A DNA stretch of 64,000 nucleotides from an uncultured Actinomycetota bacterium (GCA_963746175.1 CAVVAH010000008.1:800377-864376), one strand, 5' to 3'; positions 9,252 through 19,514 are shown, counted from the first letter of the stretch. Notes: a model not told the origin generated them from the sequence alone. Numbers and translations are program-made.

Positions 9252-9880
9252 AGCGTATGGCGGTCGCGGACCGTCAGCGGCCTGGGCTACGGTCCGTGCC
9301 GTGCTGGAGCCGACGTACCCGCTCAGGACCGAGCGCCTCGACCTGCGGCCCTACCGGGACGACGACGGCGACTTCCTCTACGAGCTGCAGAAGGACCCCG
9401 ACACGACCAAGTACCTCTACTACGAGCCGCTCACTCCTGAGCGGGTCGACGCCGCGCTCGGCCCGAAGCTCGCGCGGCACGTCCTGCGCGGCGAGGGCGA
9501 AGCCCTGCAGCTGGTCGCCGTTCTGCGGGCGACCGGCGAGCGGGTCGGCGAGGCCACGCTGGGCTGGCCGTCGGAGGAGCACCGTGGCGGCGAGGTCGGC
9601 TACCTCGTCCACCCGGCGCACCGCGGTCGGGGCTACGCCACCGAGATGGCGGCGGAGATGCTCCGGCTGGCCTTCGACGACTTCGGCTGGCACCGCGTCA
9701 TCGGCCGGCTGGACGCCCGCAACGCGGCGTCGGCCGCCGTGCTGGAGCGGCTGGGGATGCGCAGGGAGGCGACGTTCTGGTCAGCAACGAGTTCGTGAAG
9801 GGCGAGTGGGGCGACGAGGTCGTCTACGCGCTGCTGGAGGACGAGTGGCCGACGTCACGGGCCAGCCGGTCCAGCGCCTG
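9244..9880 (+). CDS. GNAT acetyltransferase (RimJ/RimL-like) with an apparent -1 frameshift near 9775
   Basis: The frame reads ...RREATFW then stops. The +1 frame continues VSNEFVKGEWGDEVVYALLEDEW, the typical RimJ C-terminus. A single missing g in tgggtc would restore it. Confidence 0.65.
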
Positions 9881-10698
9881 ACGGACCGCGCCCGGCGCCT
9901 CGTACCAGGGCAGGTGACCGGCTCCGGGCACGACCTCGGTCCACGCGCCCGGGGATGCGGTCGGCGCTGTCACGTCCGGCGCTGTTCGGGATGCTGCTCT
10001 GCTCACCCACGACCACGCCGAGCGGCACGGCGATCCCCGGCAGTGACGCCTCCAGCTCGGGCAGCCGCTGCACCAGGTCGGTGAACAGCCCGGAGTACGC
10101 CGGGATCGACAGCCGCATCGGCCGGGGCATCGGTGGCGCGGCGGGCGGGTCGGCGAAGTATGCGGGCCAGAACAGCCGGAAGCTCTCCAGGGCGAGCTCC
10201 TCCGACGTGTCGCCCTCCTGAGCCAACCGGTCCAGCTCGACGGCGCGCTCACGGTCCGCCTCCGGTGTGCGCCGCTCCATCTCGGCCTCGAACTCGGCGT
10301 TGCCGCCGTCGCCGACCGCACCGAGCGGGTCGACCGCGAGGACACCGAGCAGTCGCTCGGGCAGCCGGCCGGCCACCCAGAACGCGAGGTGACCACCCCA
10401 GGAGCTGCCCACGACGTACGCCCGGTCCCAGCCCAGGTGGTCGAGCACCGCGGCGACGTCGGCGACCGCCTCGTCGATGGTGAAGGAACCGTGGGTCAGC
10501 GACAGCTCGATGCCCCGCTGCTGGTAGGTGGCGACCCGGTACGACGGCGCCAGGTCGGCGACGAGGCCGTCGACGATCGACACCGAGATGCCGGGTCCGC
10601 CGTGCAGCACCAGCACCGGCGGCCCGTCCCCCGTGACGGTGCCGGCGAGCACGCCGCCCTCGACCGTTGCCGCGAAGTCGTCGTACCCAGCCGTCATG
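9824..10698 (-). CDS. alpha/beta hydrolase (proline iminopeptidase-like) with an apparent frameshift near 9905
   Basis: Starts MTAGYDDFAAT. Carries LHGGPGIS and the GSSWGG nucleophile elbow. The C-terminal AWTEVVPGAGHLPWYE is in another frame. Confidence 0.7.
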
Positions 10699-10720
10699 GT
10701 CGCGATCCTGGCACGATGCG

Positions 10721-11589
10721 GCCATGACGACGTCCCGCAGCGACGGTCACGTACGGCGTCCGCTCGATGTCCGCGCCGCTGCAGCGCGTCCTCACGGTCC
10801 GGCCGACGACGACCGGGGACTTCGCCGCGCCGGTTGGCGCCTCCCGGACCCGACGAGCTGCTCCGCGAGCACGAGGCCTTCGTCGAGCTGCTCGAGTCGC
10901 TCGGGGTCGAGGTCGTGGCGCGGCCGACGCCCCGGACGGGATGGTCGACGCCTGCTTCGCGTACGACCCGGTGCTCGTGACCGGTGCCGGGGCGATCGAG
11001 CTGCGGATGGCCAAGCCGGCCCGGCAGGACGAGCCGGGCTTCCTCGTCGCCGAGGTCGAGAAGGCCGGTGTCCCGGTGCTCGGCCGGCTCACCGGCCCCG
11101 CCACCGCCGACGGCGGCGACATGTTCTGGCTGGACGAGTCGACCCTCGCCGTCGGCCGCGGGTACCGCACCAACGCCGAGGCGCACCGCCAGCTGGCCGA
11201 GCTGCTCGCGGCCCGAGGGCGTGACGGTCGAGCGCGCCGACCTGCCGCACCACCGGGGCGCCGCGCACGTCATGCACCTGATGTCCGTCGTGTCCCCGGT
11301 CGCGCCGGACCTGGCCGTGGTCTTCGAGCCGCTCGCCCCCGTGCCGCTGCTCGAGCTGCTCGCCGACCGCGGCTACCGGACGTTGCCCGCCGACCCCGAC
11401 GAGCTCGACGACCAGGGCTGCAACGTGCTCGCAGTACGCCCCGGGGTGGTCGTCATGGCCGACAGCGCCCCGCGCACCCGGGCCACGCTGGAGAAGGCCG
11501 GGGTCGAGGTGCACACCTACGCGGCGTCACAGGTGAACAAGGGTGACGGCGGACCCACCTGCCTCACCCGACCGCTGCTGCGCGCGTAA
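10721..11589 (+). pseudogene. amidinotransferase-superfamily enzyme (DDAH / arginine deiminase-like) broken by at least 4 frameshifts
   Basis: Conserved segments sit in three frames: VTYGVRSMSAPLQRVLTVRP, DELLREHEAFVELLESLGVEVV, DAPDGMVDACFAYDPVLV...GGDMFWLDESTLAVGRGYRTN and VTVERADLPHH...GGPTCLTRPL (catalytic Cys). Confidence 0.6.
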
Positions 11590-11674
11590 CGCCCGGCGGC
11601 CTTGCCGGACAGCAGCAGAGCCGGCCGGAACACCAGCAGCTCCGAACCTGTTGGGAACGGCAACAGGAGGTCAC

Positions 11675-12367
11675 ATGTTCTTCGGCAGGAAGCCCGTCAT
11701 GGTCACCCGGCAGGACGCCCTCCCGGGCCGACCCGACCGTCCGTTCCGCATCGCCCCCGACCACGTCGTCCTCGGCACCCCGATCGAGGCGCCGGCCGCG
11801 CCCGGCCACGAGGAGATCTTCTTCGGCATGGGCTGCTTCTGGGGGTCCGAGCGGATCTTCTGGCAGATCCCCGGCGTCGACGTCACCGCGGTCGGCTACC
11901 AGGGCGGATACACCCCGAACCCGACGTACGAGGAGACGACGACCGGCCTCACCGGCCATGCCGAGGTCGTCCGGGTCGTCTACGACCCCTCGAAGGCCGA
12001 GCTCGAGACCTTGCTCAAGGCGTTCTGGGAGAACCACGATCCGACGACGCCGAACCAGCAGGGCAACGACGTCGGCACGACCTACCGCTCGGCGATCTAC
12101 ACGACCAGCGACGCGCAGCAGGCGGCTGCCGAGGAGTCACGGTCCCGCTACCAGCAGGCGCTCAAGGAGGCCGGGTTCGGCGAGATCTCGACCGAGATCA
12201 AGCCGGCGTCCGAGGCCGGCACGTTCTGGTACGCCGAGGACTACCACCAGGGCTACCTGCACAAGAACCCGCGCGGCTACTGCAACCACGGGTTCTGCCA
12301 GGTGGCGTACGACGCCAAGGCACACGGTCAGGACGCCCCCACCAAGGTCGAGCTCCCCGAGTCCTGA
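11675..12367 (+). CDS. msrA: peptide methionine sulfoxide reductase MsrA
   Basis: GMGCFWG active-site motif. SD aggagg 6 nt before the ATG. Confidence 0.9.
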   Translation: MFFGRKPVMVTRQDALPGRPDRPFRIAPDHVVLGTPIEAPAAPGHEEIFFGMGCFWGSERIFWQIPGVDVTAVGYQGGYTPNPTYEETTTGLTGHAEVVRVVYDPSKAELETLLKAFWENHDPTTPNQQGNDVGTTYRSAIYTTSDAQQAAAEESRSRYQQALKEAGFGEISTEIKPASEAGTFWYAEDYHQGYLHKNPRGYCNHGFCQVAYDAKAHGQDAPTKVELPES

Positions 12368-12602
12368 GGCGAGCCTGCCGTGCACGCACGGTGACGACGG
12401 CACACGCTGCGTCGACCCGTTGGTGGCGATGCCCGAACTGCCCGGATAACTCCAACGAATCGCGCGAGGTCGCGCGACCGGACGCCTTGTGGTGGCGCTG
12501 CGGGCGGGAGTACGAACGAGTGGGCTCACCACGGCCACCAACGGGGCGACCAACGGGGGTCCTGCGGCGACGTCATCGCCGCCCGTAGGAGGGGGACTGC
12601 CT

Positions 12603-14210
12603 GTGAGACGCATCGTTGCCCTGGGAGCGGTCGGCGCGCTGGCCGCCAGCTCGTTCCTGGTCACACCGTCGGTCGACGCCACCACCCAGGCCCGCGTCGA
12701 GAAGTCCACCATCTCCTGGGGCCGCTGCGACGACCCCTTCCTGCGCGAGCTCGGCGCACAGTGCTCCACGCTCGAGGTCCCCGTCGCCTACGCCCGCCCC
12801 GAGCTCGGCACGCTGACCCTGGCCCTTTCCCGGCTGCGGCACACGGCGCCGAGGAAGGACTACAAGGGCGTCCTGCTGGCCAACCCGGGCGGGCCGGGCG
12901 GCTCCGGCCTGACGCTGGCCCCCGTCCTGGCGGTGTTCGCGATGCCGGACGACATCCGCGCGGCGTACGACTGGATCGGCTTCGACCCGCGCGGCGTGGG
13001 CTCCAGCGAGCCCCGGCTGTCCTGCGACCCCGACTACTTCGTCGGCCCGCGTCCCGACTACGACATCGGGCTGACGCCCTCGGCCGAGAGCGAGTGGGTT
13101 GCCCGGTCGCAGGGCTACGCCGCCGACTGCGCGGCCGCTGGAGGCGAGCTGCTCAATCACCTGCGCACCACCGACAACGTCCGCGACATGAACCTGATCC
13201 GGGCCGCGCTGGGCGCACCGAAGCTGAACTTCTACGGCTTCTCCTACGGCACCTACCTAGCGCAGGTCTACGCCACGAAGTTCCCGCGGCGGGTCGGCCG
13301 GATGGTTCTCGACGCCAACGTCAACCCGACAAGGGTCTGGTACGACGCGAACATCGACCAGGACCACGCGTTCGAGATCGTGATCGGCAGGTTCTTCGCC
13401 TGGGTCGCCGACCACGACGACATCTACGACCTGGGCACGTCGGCCGCCGAGGTCGAGGCGGCCTACTACGACGCGCGGGCAAAGCTGACCGCGAACCCGG
13501 AGGGCCCGCTCGGCCCGTCCGAGCTGACCGACGCCTTCCTGCCGGCCGGCTACGTCCAGGTCCTCTGGCCGGACGAGGCACAGGCGCTCTCAGACCTGGT
13601 GCATGGCGACCCGTCCGGCGCGACCGCGTTCTACGAGGCTTTCGACGGCCCAGGTGACGACAACGGGTTCGCGATGTACCTCGCCACCGTCTGCACCGAC
13701 GGCCGGTGGAAGCCCTATCCCGCCTTCCGCGCCGAGAACGTCGCGGTCGACGAGCAGGCGCCGTTCTTCTCGTGGGGCAACTTCTGGTTCAACGCCCCGT
13801 GCGTCTACTGGGCCGGTCGGTCGCACCACCCGGTGAACGTCAACGGGAGCGCCGCGCCGCCGCTGCTGCTCATCGGCGAGACCCTCGACGCCGCGACTCC
13901 GCTGCCGGGCAGCTTCGAGGTGCGGCGGCGGTTCCCACGGTCGGCGTTGGTCGAGGTGGACGGCGGGACCACCCACGCGAACTCGCTGTCGGGAAACCCG
14001 TGCGTCGACGAGCCGATCTTCACCTACCTGCGCACCGGGGTCGTCCCGCCGCGGGTGGCGGGCGACGGCCCGGACGTCCTCTGCCCGGCCCCGCCGCTGC
14101 CCGAGCCGGCGACGGCGACGGCGTCCTCGACCTCGGGGGGAGGCAACCAGCGCCACGGGCTGACTCCGATGTGGTCCACGCAGCTCTCAGCCGGCTTCAG
14201 CCGGCCCTGA
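12603..14210 (+). CDS. secreted S33-family tripeptidyl aminopeptidase-like alpha/beta hydrolase
   Basis: GTG start after SD AGGAGGGGGA. Signal peptide. GFSYGT nucleophile motif. About 535 aa. Confidence 0.7.
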   Translation: MRRIVALGAVGALAASSFLVTPSVDATTQARVEKSTISWGRCDDPFLRELGAQCSTLEVPVAYARPELGTLTLALSRLRHTAPRKDYKGVLLANPGGPGGSGLTLAPVLAVFAMPDDIRAAYDWIGFDPRGVGSSEPRLSCDPDYFVGPRPDYDIGLTPSAESEWVARSQGYAADCAAAGGELLNHLRTTDNVRDMNLIRAALGAPKLNFYGFSYGTYLAQVYATKFPRRVGRMVLDANVNPTRVWYDANIDQDHAFEIVIGRFFAWVADHDDIYDLGTSAAEVEAAYYDARAKLTANPEGPLGPSELTDAFLPAGYVQVLWPDEAQALSDLVHGDPSGATAFYEAFDGPGDDNGFAMYLATVCTDGRWKPYPAFRAENVAVDEQAPFFSWGNFWFNAPCVYWAGRSHHPVNVNGSAAPPLLLIGETLDAATPLPGSFEVRRRFPRSALVEVDGGTTHANSLSGNPCVDEPIFTYLRTGVVPPRVAGDGPDVLCPAPPLPEPATATASSTSGGGNQRHGLTPMWSTQLSAGFSRP

Positions 14211-14216
14211 CCGCCG

Positions 14217-14278
14217 GTACGGAGCTGCATGATCACCGCGACTCTGCTCGTCGGTGATCATGCAGCTCCGTACCCGTC
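14217..14278. terminator. perfect 24-bp palindrome cggtacggagctgcatgatcaccg-N13-cggtgatcatgcagctccgtaccg between convergent genes
   Basis: Seen directly. The core tgatcacc...ggtgatcatgcagc recurs at 29553-29590. Confidence 0.6.
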
Positions 14279-15110
14279 AGCCGACCTCGGTGACGTCCTC
14301 GACGGTGAACTCCGGCGGGTGCGACTCCCGGGTGGCGTGGCAGGTGAGCAGACCCGGCTCCGGCCGGGCACCGGCCCGGACCGTGACGATGAGGTTCCGC
14401 GGCTGCCGCCGCAGCCGCACCTGGAACCTGCCGTCACCGAGGTGCAGCGTGCCGGCCGGTGCGAGCGAGTCGACCGCGAGGTCGCCGAGCTCGCGCCGGA
14501 CGTGCGCGACCGCGGCCTGCGCGGCCGGTGCCGTCGTCGACCGGCCGCGCAGCAGGTCGGGCAGCACCTCGCCGCGCTCGTGCGCGGCCACCAGCTCGGG
14601 CACCCGGTCGGTGCCGACCCGCCCGTAGTAGAGGCCGTGCGGCATCGCCACGACGTTCGCCGCGAACCGGTCGCCTCCGACGTGCGAGCACTCCCAGGCC
14701 GCACCGGGCCGGTGCCGCGCGAGCGCCAGCGCCACCGGCCGGCCCTCGACCGCGCAGCAGGCGTCGTGCCGGCCGTGGGTGCAGACCAGGTAGAACGGCT
14801 CGTACGACACCGTGCCGGCGCTGCCGTCGAGCGGCAGCGTCCGCAGCTCCTCGTCCGCGCCGAACGTGCCCCACGACGACACCTCGCGCCCGGGCCGGGA
14901 GCTGACGACCGCCCAGCTGCGCCGCTCCGGCACCGGCTGCCGGCCGGGCCGACGGATCAGCAGGACCCGCAGACCCTGCCGGATCGCGCGGCGGGACACC
15001 TCCAGCCCGACCGCTGTGTCGAGCCGGGACGACGTGAGCGCCTGGCGGCCCCAGCCACCGGGCTGCTCGACGAGCAGGTACCCCGCTGCGGGTGCGGCGG
15101 TGCCGGCCAT
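14277..15110 (-). CDS. sucrase/ferredoxin-like (thioredoxin-like [2Fe-2S] ferredoxin family) protein
   Basis: CTHGRHDACCA cysteine motif characteristic of the Suc_Fer-like family. 277 aa, counted from the stop. Confidence 0.65.
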   Translation of the reverse strand: MAGTAAPAAGYLLVEQPGGWGRQALTSSRLDTAVGLEVSRRAIRQGLRVLLIRRPGRQPVPERRSWAVVSSRPGREVSSWGTFGADEELRTLPLDGSAGTVSYEPFYLVCTHGRHDACCAVEGRPVALALARHRPGAAWECSHVGGDRFAANVVAMPHGLYYGRVGTDRVPELVAAHERGEVLPDLLRGRSTTAPAAQAAVAHVRRELGDLAVDSLAPAGTLHLGDGRFQVRLRRQPRNLIVTVRAGARPEPGLLTCHATRESHPPEFTVEDVTEVG

Positions 15111-15169
15111 CGGGTCGCCGCGGAGGCGGGCAGCGACCGCGCACCGGGGCGCAGCGACGACCGGCTCGC

Positions 15170-16429
15170 TCAACGCTCCTCGACCAGCACGACGGCCTCG
15201 CGCACCAGGCGCCGGGCGAGCACCATGGCGTCGCCCGGGTCGAGGCCCGGCAGGTCCGCCACCCGCAGCGACTCGCCGTCGAGCAGCGAGCGGACGGCCT
15301 TCGCCGTCGCCGCGGGCAGCCGCAGCGTCCGGTCGTGCAGCCGCAGCACGATCTCGTCGCCGTCCATGGCCAGCGTGTGCCGGAGGTGGCGGCGGGCGCG
15401 GAGCACCGACTCGGCCGCGAGCGTCGACAGTGCCGCGGCCTGTGCCAACGGCGCGACCGGCTCCGGCCGGTTGCTGCCGACGAGCGAGCCACCCAGCCGC
15501 TCGGACACCTGGGCGGCGGTGACCGCCGGCAGCCGGTCCAGGAGCACGGCGAGGGTGGCCTCCACGTCGGCCTGCACCGCAGCGGGGTCGCCGAGGTCGA
15601 CACCCATCGGCAGCGACGTCCGCAGCGCCGGGTCGTCGGCCACCAGGTCGAGCAGCGCCTCGAGCACGTGGTGCCGGGTGACAGGGTGGACGCCGACGGT
15701 CAGGTGGCACGAGACGTCGCCGAGCGCCTCGGCGGCGTGCAGGTAGCCTCGCGGCAGGTAGAGGGCGTCGCCCGGCCGCAGCACGGTGTCGACGACCGGC
15801 TCCTCCGCGGCGCGCGCCTCGACCGCGGCGCGGCGCTGCTCCCACGGCTGGTCGCGCAGCGGCGCCGGCAGCACCGGTTCGTGGATCCGCCAGCGCTTCT
15901 CGCCCGCGACCTGCAGGACGAAGACGTCGTGCACGTCGTAGTGCGCCGAGAAGCCCTGTGACGAGCTCGGCGTGACGTAGGCGTTGACCTGCACCGGGTG
16001 GCCCAGCTCGGTCGCCAGCTCGCCGGCGAAGTCGGTGATCGGACCCCAGGTGCGGTGCAGACCCTGGAAGACGACGGTGTGCCCGTCGGCGAAGAGCTCC
16101 AGGACCCGGTCATCGGCCACCTGGTCGGCGACCTGCGCGCCGGTGCCGCCACCGCGGGTGTAGCGCGCGGCCGGCGTGACGACACCGTCCTTGGCGATCC
16201 GCAGGAACGGCGTACGCAGGCCGCGCCGCGACAGCAGCTCGTCGACGGCGGCCAGCGAGAAGAGGTCGTCGAAGCCGGCCGGTCCGTCGCCCGCCAGCTG
16301 CTCGCGCGTCGAGAGCAGCGGCTGCCGTGACCAGACGCGCGCGGCGAAGTCGTCGCGGTCGACGGCCGCGCAGCGCCGCAGGGCGGGCCAGGAGATGGAG
16401 TCTCCCGGCCCGCCCGCGGTGTCGCTCAT
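15170..16429 (-). CDS. JmjC / cupin-4 family Fe(II)-2OG oxygenase (ribosomal oxygenase RoxA/YcfD-like)
   Basis: HYDVHDVFVLQVAGEKRWRIH (HxD...H facial triad region). Start at MSDTAGG. The long upstream ORF extension overlaps a repeat and was rejected. Confidence 0.65.
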   Translation of the reverse strand: MSDTAGGPGDSISWPALRRCAAVDRDDFAARVWSRQPLLSTREQLAGDGPAGFDDLFSLAAVDELLSRRGLRTPFLRIAKDGVVTPAARYTRGGGTGAQVADQVADDRVLELFADGHTVVFQGLHRTWGPITDFAGELATELGHPVQVNAYVTPSSSQGFSAHYDVHDVFVLQVAGEKRWRIHEPVLPAPLRDQPWEQRRAAVEARAAEEPVVDTVLRPGDALYLPRGYLHAAEALGDVSCHLTVGVHPVTRHHVLEALLDLVADDPALRTSLPMGVDLGDPAAVQADVEATLAVLLDRLPAVTAAQVSERLGGSLVGSNRPEPVAPLAQAAALSTLAAESVLRARRHLRHTLAMDGDEIVLRLHDRTLRLPAATAKAVRSLLDGESLRVADLPGLDPGDAMVLARRLVREAVVLVEER

Positions 16430-16448
16430 GGTGCTCAGAGCAGGGACC

Positions 16449-16694
16449 TCAGGCGCCGCTGTCCGCGCCGCCGTCGCCACCACCGTCAGCGGCCCCGTCG
16501 GCACCGCCGTCGTGCTCACCGGGCGTGCCGGACGCGCCGCCGTCGGCCGGACCTTCGGCACCGCCGTCCGCGCCGCCGTCCGCGCCACCGTCGGCTCCGC
16601 CGTCCGCACCGCCGTCGCCGCCGCTGCCGGCTCCGCCGTCCGCGGGCCCGTGCTCCTGCGGGCTTGTGGTCATGTCGTCGTCGTCGAGCGCCAT
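16449..16694 (-). CDS. small (81 aa) acidic intrinsically disordered (DGGA)n-repeat protein
   Basis: Perfect SD GAGGGAGGA 5 nt before the ATG. Sequence MALDDDDMTTSPQEHGPADGG(A/S)G...(DGGA)x5... The stop lies 19 nt before the cupin start. The DNA is a tandem 12-nt repeat. Confidence 0.5.
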   Translation of the reverse strand: MALDDDDMTTSPQEHGPADGGAGSGGDGGADGGADGGADGGADGGAEGPADGGASGTPGEHDGGADGAADGGGDGGADSGA

Positions 16695-16797
16695 ACGTGT
16701 CCTCCCTCTCGGTCGAACTCCGGCGCCCGCTGTCCGGGGCGCCCGTCCCCGTCCTACCCGACGCGGGAAGCGGAAACCAGCGGCAGTCCGCCTCGCC

Positions 16798-18243
16798 TCA
16801 GCCGGCGGCGAGGTGCCCGAGCAGGTCCTGCCGGGTCAGGACACCGGCCGGCTTGCCGTCCTCGTGCACGAGCACCGCGTCGGACTTCGCGAGCGCAGCC
16901 GTCGCCGCCGACACCGGCTCCCCCGAGCCGACGATCGGCAGCGGCGCCGACATGTGCCGCTCCAGCGCGTCGGCGAGGTGCGCGTCACCGGAGAACAGCA
17001 GGTCGAGCAGCTCCTTCTCGCTGACCGAGCCGACGACCTCCCCCGCCGTCACCGGGGGCTCGGCCTTGACGACCGGCATCTGCGACACGCTGTACTCACG
17101 GAGGATGTCGATGGCCTCGCGGACCGTCTCGTACGGGTGCACGTGCACGAGCGTGGGCACCTCGGCGCCCTTGCTGGCGAGCACGTCGCCGACGGTGGTG
17201 CCCGAGGTGGAGTCGGCGTCGAGGAAGCCGTAGTCGGCCATCCAGTCGTCGTTGAAGATCTTGCCGAGGTAGCCGCGGCCGCTGTCCGGCAGCAGCACCA
17301 CCACCACGTCGTCCGCGGTGAGCCGTTCCGCGACCCGCAGCGCGGCGACGACCGCCATGCCGCAGGAGCCGCCGACGAGCAGACCCTCCTCGCGGGCCAG
17401 CCGCCGGGTCATGTGGAAGGAGTCGCGGTCGGACACGGCCACGATCTCGTCGGTCACGGTCCGGTCGTACGCCGACGGCCAGAAGTCCTCGCCGACTCCC
17501 TCGACGAGGTACGGCCGGCCGGTGCCGCCGGAGTAGACCGAGCCCTCCGGGTCGGCACCGACGATCTGCACCTTCCCGTCGCTGACCTCCTTGAGGTAGC
17601 GGCCGGTGCCACTGATGGTGCCGCCGGTGCCGACGCCGGTGACGAAGTGCGTGACGCGACCGTCGGTCTGCGTCCAGATCTCCGGCCCGGTCGTCTCGTA
17701 GTGCGACCGCGGGTTGTTCGGGTTGGAGTACTGGTCCGGCTTCCAGGCGCCGTCGATCTCGCGCACCAGCCGGTCGCTGACCGAGTAGTACGACCGCGGG
17801 TCCTCCGGCGACACGGCCGTGGGGCACACCTCGACGCGGGCGCCGTACGCCGTGAGCACGTTGATCTTGTCCTGGCTCACCTTGTCGGGCAGCACGAAGA
17901 CGCACTGGTAGCCGCGCTGCTGCGCGACCAGCGCGAGCCCGACGCCGGTGTTGCCGGAGGTCGGCTCGACGATGGTGCCGCCGGGCCGGAGCTCGCCGGA
18001 CTCCTCGGCGGCGTCGACCATCCGCACGGCGATCCGGTCCTTCACGGACCCGCCCGGGTTGAGGTACTCGACCTTCGCGAGCACGGTCGCCGGGACGTCC
18101 CGGGCGACGGACTTCAGCCTGACCAGCGGGGTGTTGCCGACCAGGTCGACCATGGACTCGTAGACCTGCATGGGCATGAGCGTAGAGCGCGGCTCGTGAC
18201 TCGCTCTCGAACGGGGAGCGTCGTGTGGCGCCCGATCCGTCAA
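16798..18243 (-). CDS. cbs: cystathionine beta-synthase (PLP cysteine-synthase fold plus tandem CBS domains)
   Basis: PLP-lysine motif SVKDR, GNTG, GTGGT, and C-terminal CBS pair. Alternative start at MPMQVY (18177). Confidence 0.85.
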   Translation of the reverse strand: MTDRAPHDAPRSRASHEPRSTLMPMQVYESMVDLVGNTPLVRLKSVARDVPATVLAKVEYLNPGGSVKDRIAVRMVDAAEESGELRPGGTIVEPTSGNTGVGLALVAQQRGYQCVFVLPDKVSQDKINVLTAYGARVEVCPTAVSPEDPRSYYSVSDRLVREIDGAWKPDQYSNPNNPRSHYETTGPEIWTQTDGRVTHFVTGVGTGGTISGTGRYLKEVSDGKVQIVGADPEGSVYSGGTGRPYLVEGVGEDFWPSAYDRTVTDEIVAVSDRDSFHMTRRLAREEGLLVGGSCGMAVVAALRVAERLTADDVVVVLLPDSGRGYLGKIFNDDWMADYGFLDADSTSGTTVGDVLASKGAEVPTLVHVHPYETVREAIDILREYSVSQMPVVKAEPPVTAGEVVGSVSEKELLDLLFSGDAHLADALERHMSAPLPIVGSGEPVSAATAALAKSDAVLVHEDGKPAGVLTRQDLLGHLAAG

Positions 18244-18482
18244 GGCGGAGGAGTTCCGCGTAGCGGTGTTCTACGCGGAACGACGAGAACACAGCCGGGC
18301 GGGATGCCACGCGGCGCGAGCCGAGATGGGGTCGCGAGCCTCGCTCTGAGGGCGTGACATCACGACGCCGGACCCGGCCGGGCCCGTCACGGGTCCGCTA
18401 GATTCGCGAGCGTGGCCCGCCCCCCTGCCGTGCAGCTCGCGCCGGGCGTCTGGCGTGTGCCCGGCCGGGCGGTGACGACCCG

Positions 18483-19514
18483 GTGGTGACGAAGGCGCGG
18501 GTCGCCCGGCGGATCGCGATGGCCGCGGCGTACGGCGGGGGCGGCCTCGGCCTGCTCTCCGCCGGGGCCTTCGGCCTGGTCCGGGCCGAGGCGGCGCTGG
18601 CCCGCCGGGCGATCGGGGAGCCCACCGGGTCGCCGCCGGACACCGACGGGCGGTACGGCGGCCACCACCGCGGCGAGCCGATCCGGATGGTGGTGCTCGG
18701 TGACTCCAGCGCCTGCGGGCTGGGTGTCGAGGCACCGCACCAGACCCCCGGCGCGATGCTCGCCGCCGGCATCGCCGAGTGCGCCGACCGGCCGGTCGAC
18801 GTCACGGTCGTCGCCGTCGTCGGTGCGCAGAGCAGCGACCTGTCCGGCCAGGTCGAGCAGGTCGCCGGCAGCGCCCCCGACGTCGCCATGATCATGATCG
18901 GCGCCAACGACGTGACCCACCGGGTCCGACCGCCCACCGCCGTACGCCACCTCGACCACGCCGTACGGCGGCTGCGCGAGCTCGGCGCCGAGGTCGTCGT
19001 CGGGACCTGCCCGGACCTCGGCACCGTCGAGCCGGTCCCCCAGCCCCTGCGCTGGATCGCCCGCCGCGCCAGCCGGCAGCTCGCCGCGGCGCAGACCATC
19101 GCGGTCGTCGAGGCGGGCGGCCGGACGGTGTCGCTGGGCGACGTCCTCGGGCCGGAGTTCGCCGCGTCGCCGTCGGAGATGTTCGGCCCGGACCGGTTCC
19201 ACCCGTCGGTCGCCGGCTACGCGAGCGCGGCCGCCGTCATGCTGCCGTCGATGTGCGCGGCGCTCGGTCTGTGGTTCGGGGCCGAGCGCGAGCTCGCGCC
19301 GGACCTCGCCCGCGGCGAGGGAGTCCGGCCGATCTCGCTGGCAGCCGTCGAGGCTGCCGACGAGCCCGGTACCGAGGTCGCCGGCGCCCAGGTCGGTGGC
19401 CGGGACCGCGGCCCGCGTGGGCGCTGGGCGCTGCTGCGGCACCGCGAGAGCACCGACGGACCGGACGCGAACCGGCTGCTGGCCGCCGCGGAGTCGGACG
19501 CCCCGCCGCGCTAG
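18483..19514 (+). CDS. SGNH/GDSL hydrolase family lipase/esterase
   Basis: VVLGDSSACG block I (GDS), GAND block, and DRFHP (catalytic His). Signal-anchor N-terminus. Confidence 0.7.
   Translation: MVTKARVARRIAMAAAYGGGGLGLLSAGAFGLVRAEAALARRAIGEPTGSPPDTDGRYGGHHRGEPIRMVVLGDSSACGLGVEAPHQTPGAMLAAGIAECADRPVDVTVVAVVGAQSSDLSGQVEQVAGSAPDVAMIMIGANDVTHRVRPPTAVRHLDHAVRRLRELGAEVVVGTCPDLGTVEPVPQPLRWIARRASRQLAAAQTIAVVEAGGRTVSLGDVLGPEFAASPSEMFGPDRFHPSVAGYASAAAVMLPSMCAALGLWFGAERELAPDLARGEGVRPISLAAVEAADEPGTEVAGAQVGGRDRGPRGRWALLRHRESTDGPDANRLLAAAESDAPPR

Noticed and set aside
16449-16660. The DGGA-encoding 12-nt tandem repeat as a VNTR/minisatellite only
   Set aside because: It is kept as a CDS rather than a pure repeat, because a perfect SD plus ATG precede it and its stop sits 19 nt before the cupin start. 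Coding status is still unproven.
16327-18357. 676-aa + strand ORF with a PPSAPPSAPPS repeat
   Set aside because: It is antisense to the well-supported CBS gene and overlaps the small acidic-protein gene. It has no RBS, and the low-complexity frame is a consequence of the repeat on the other strand.
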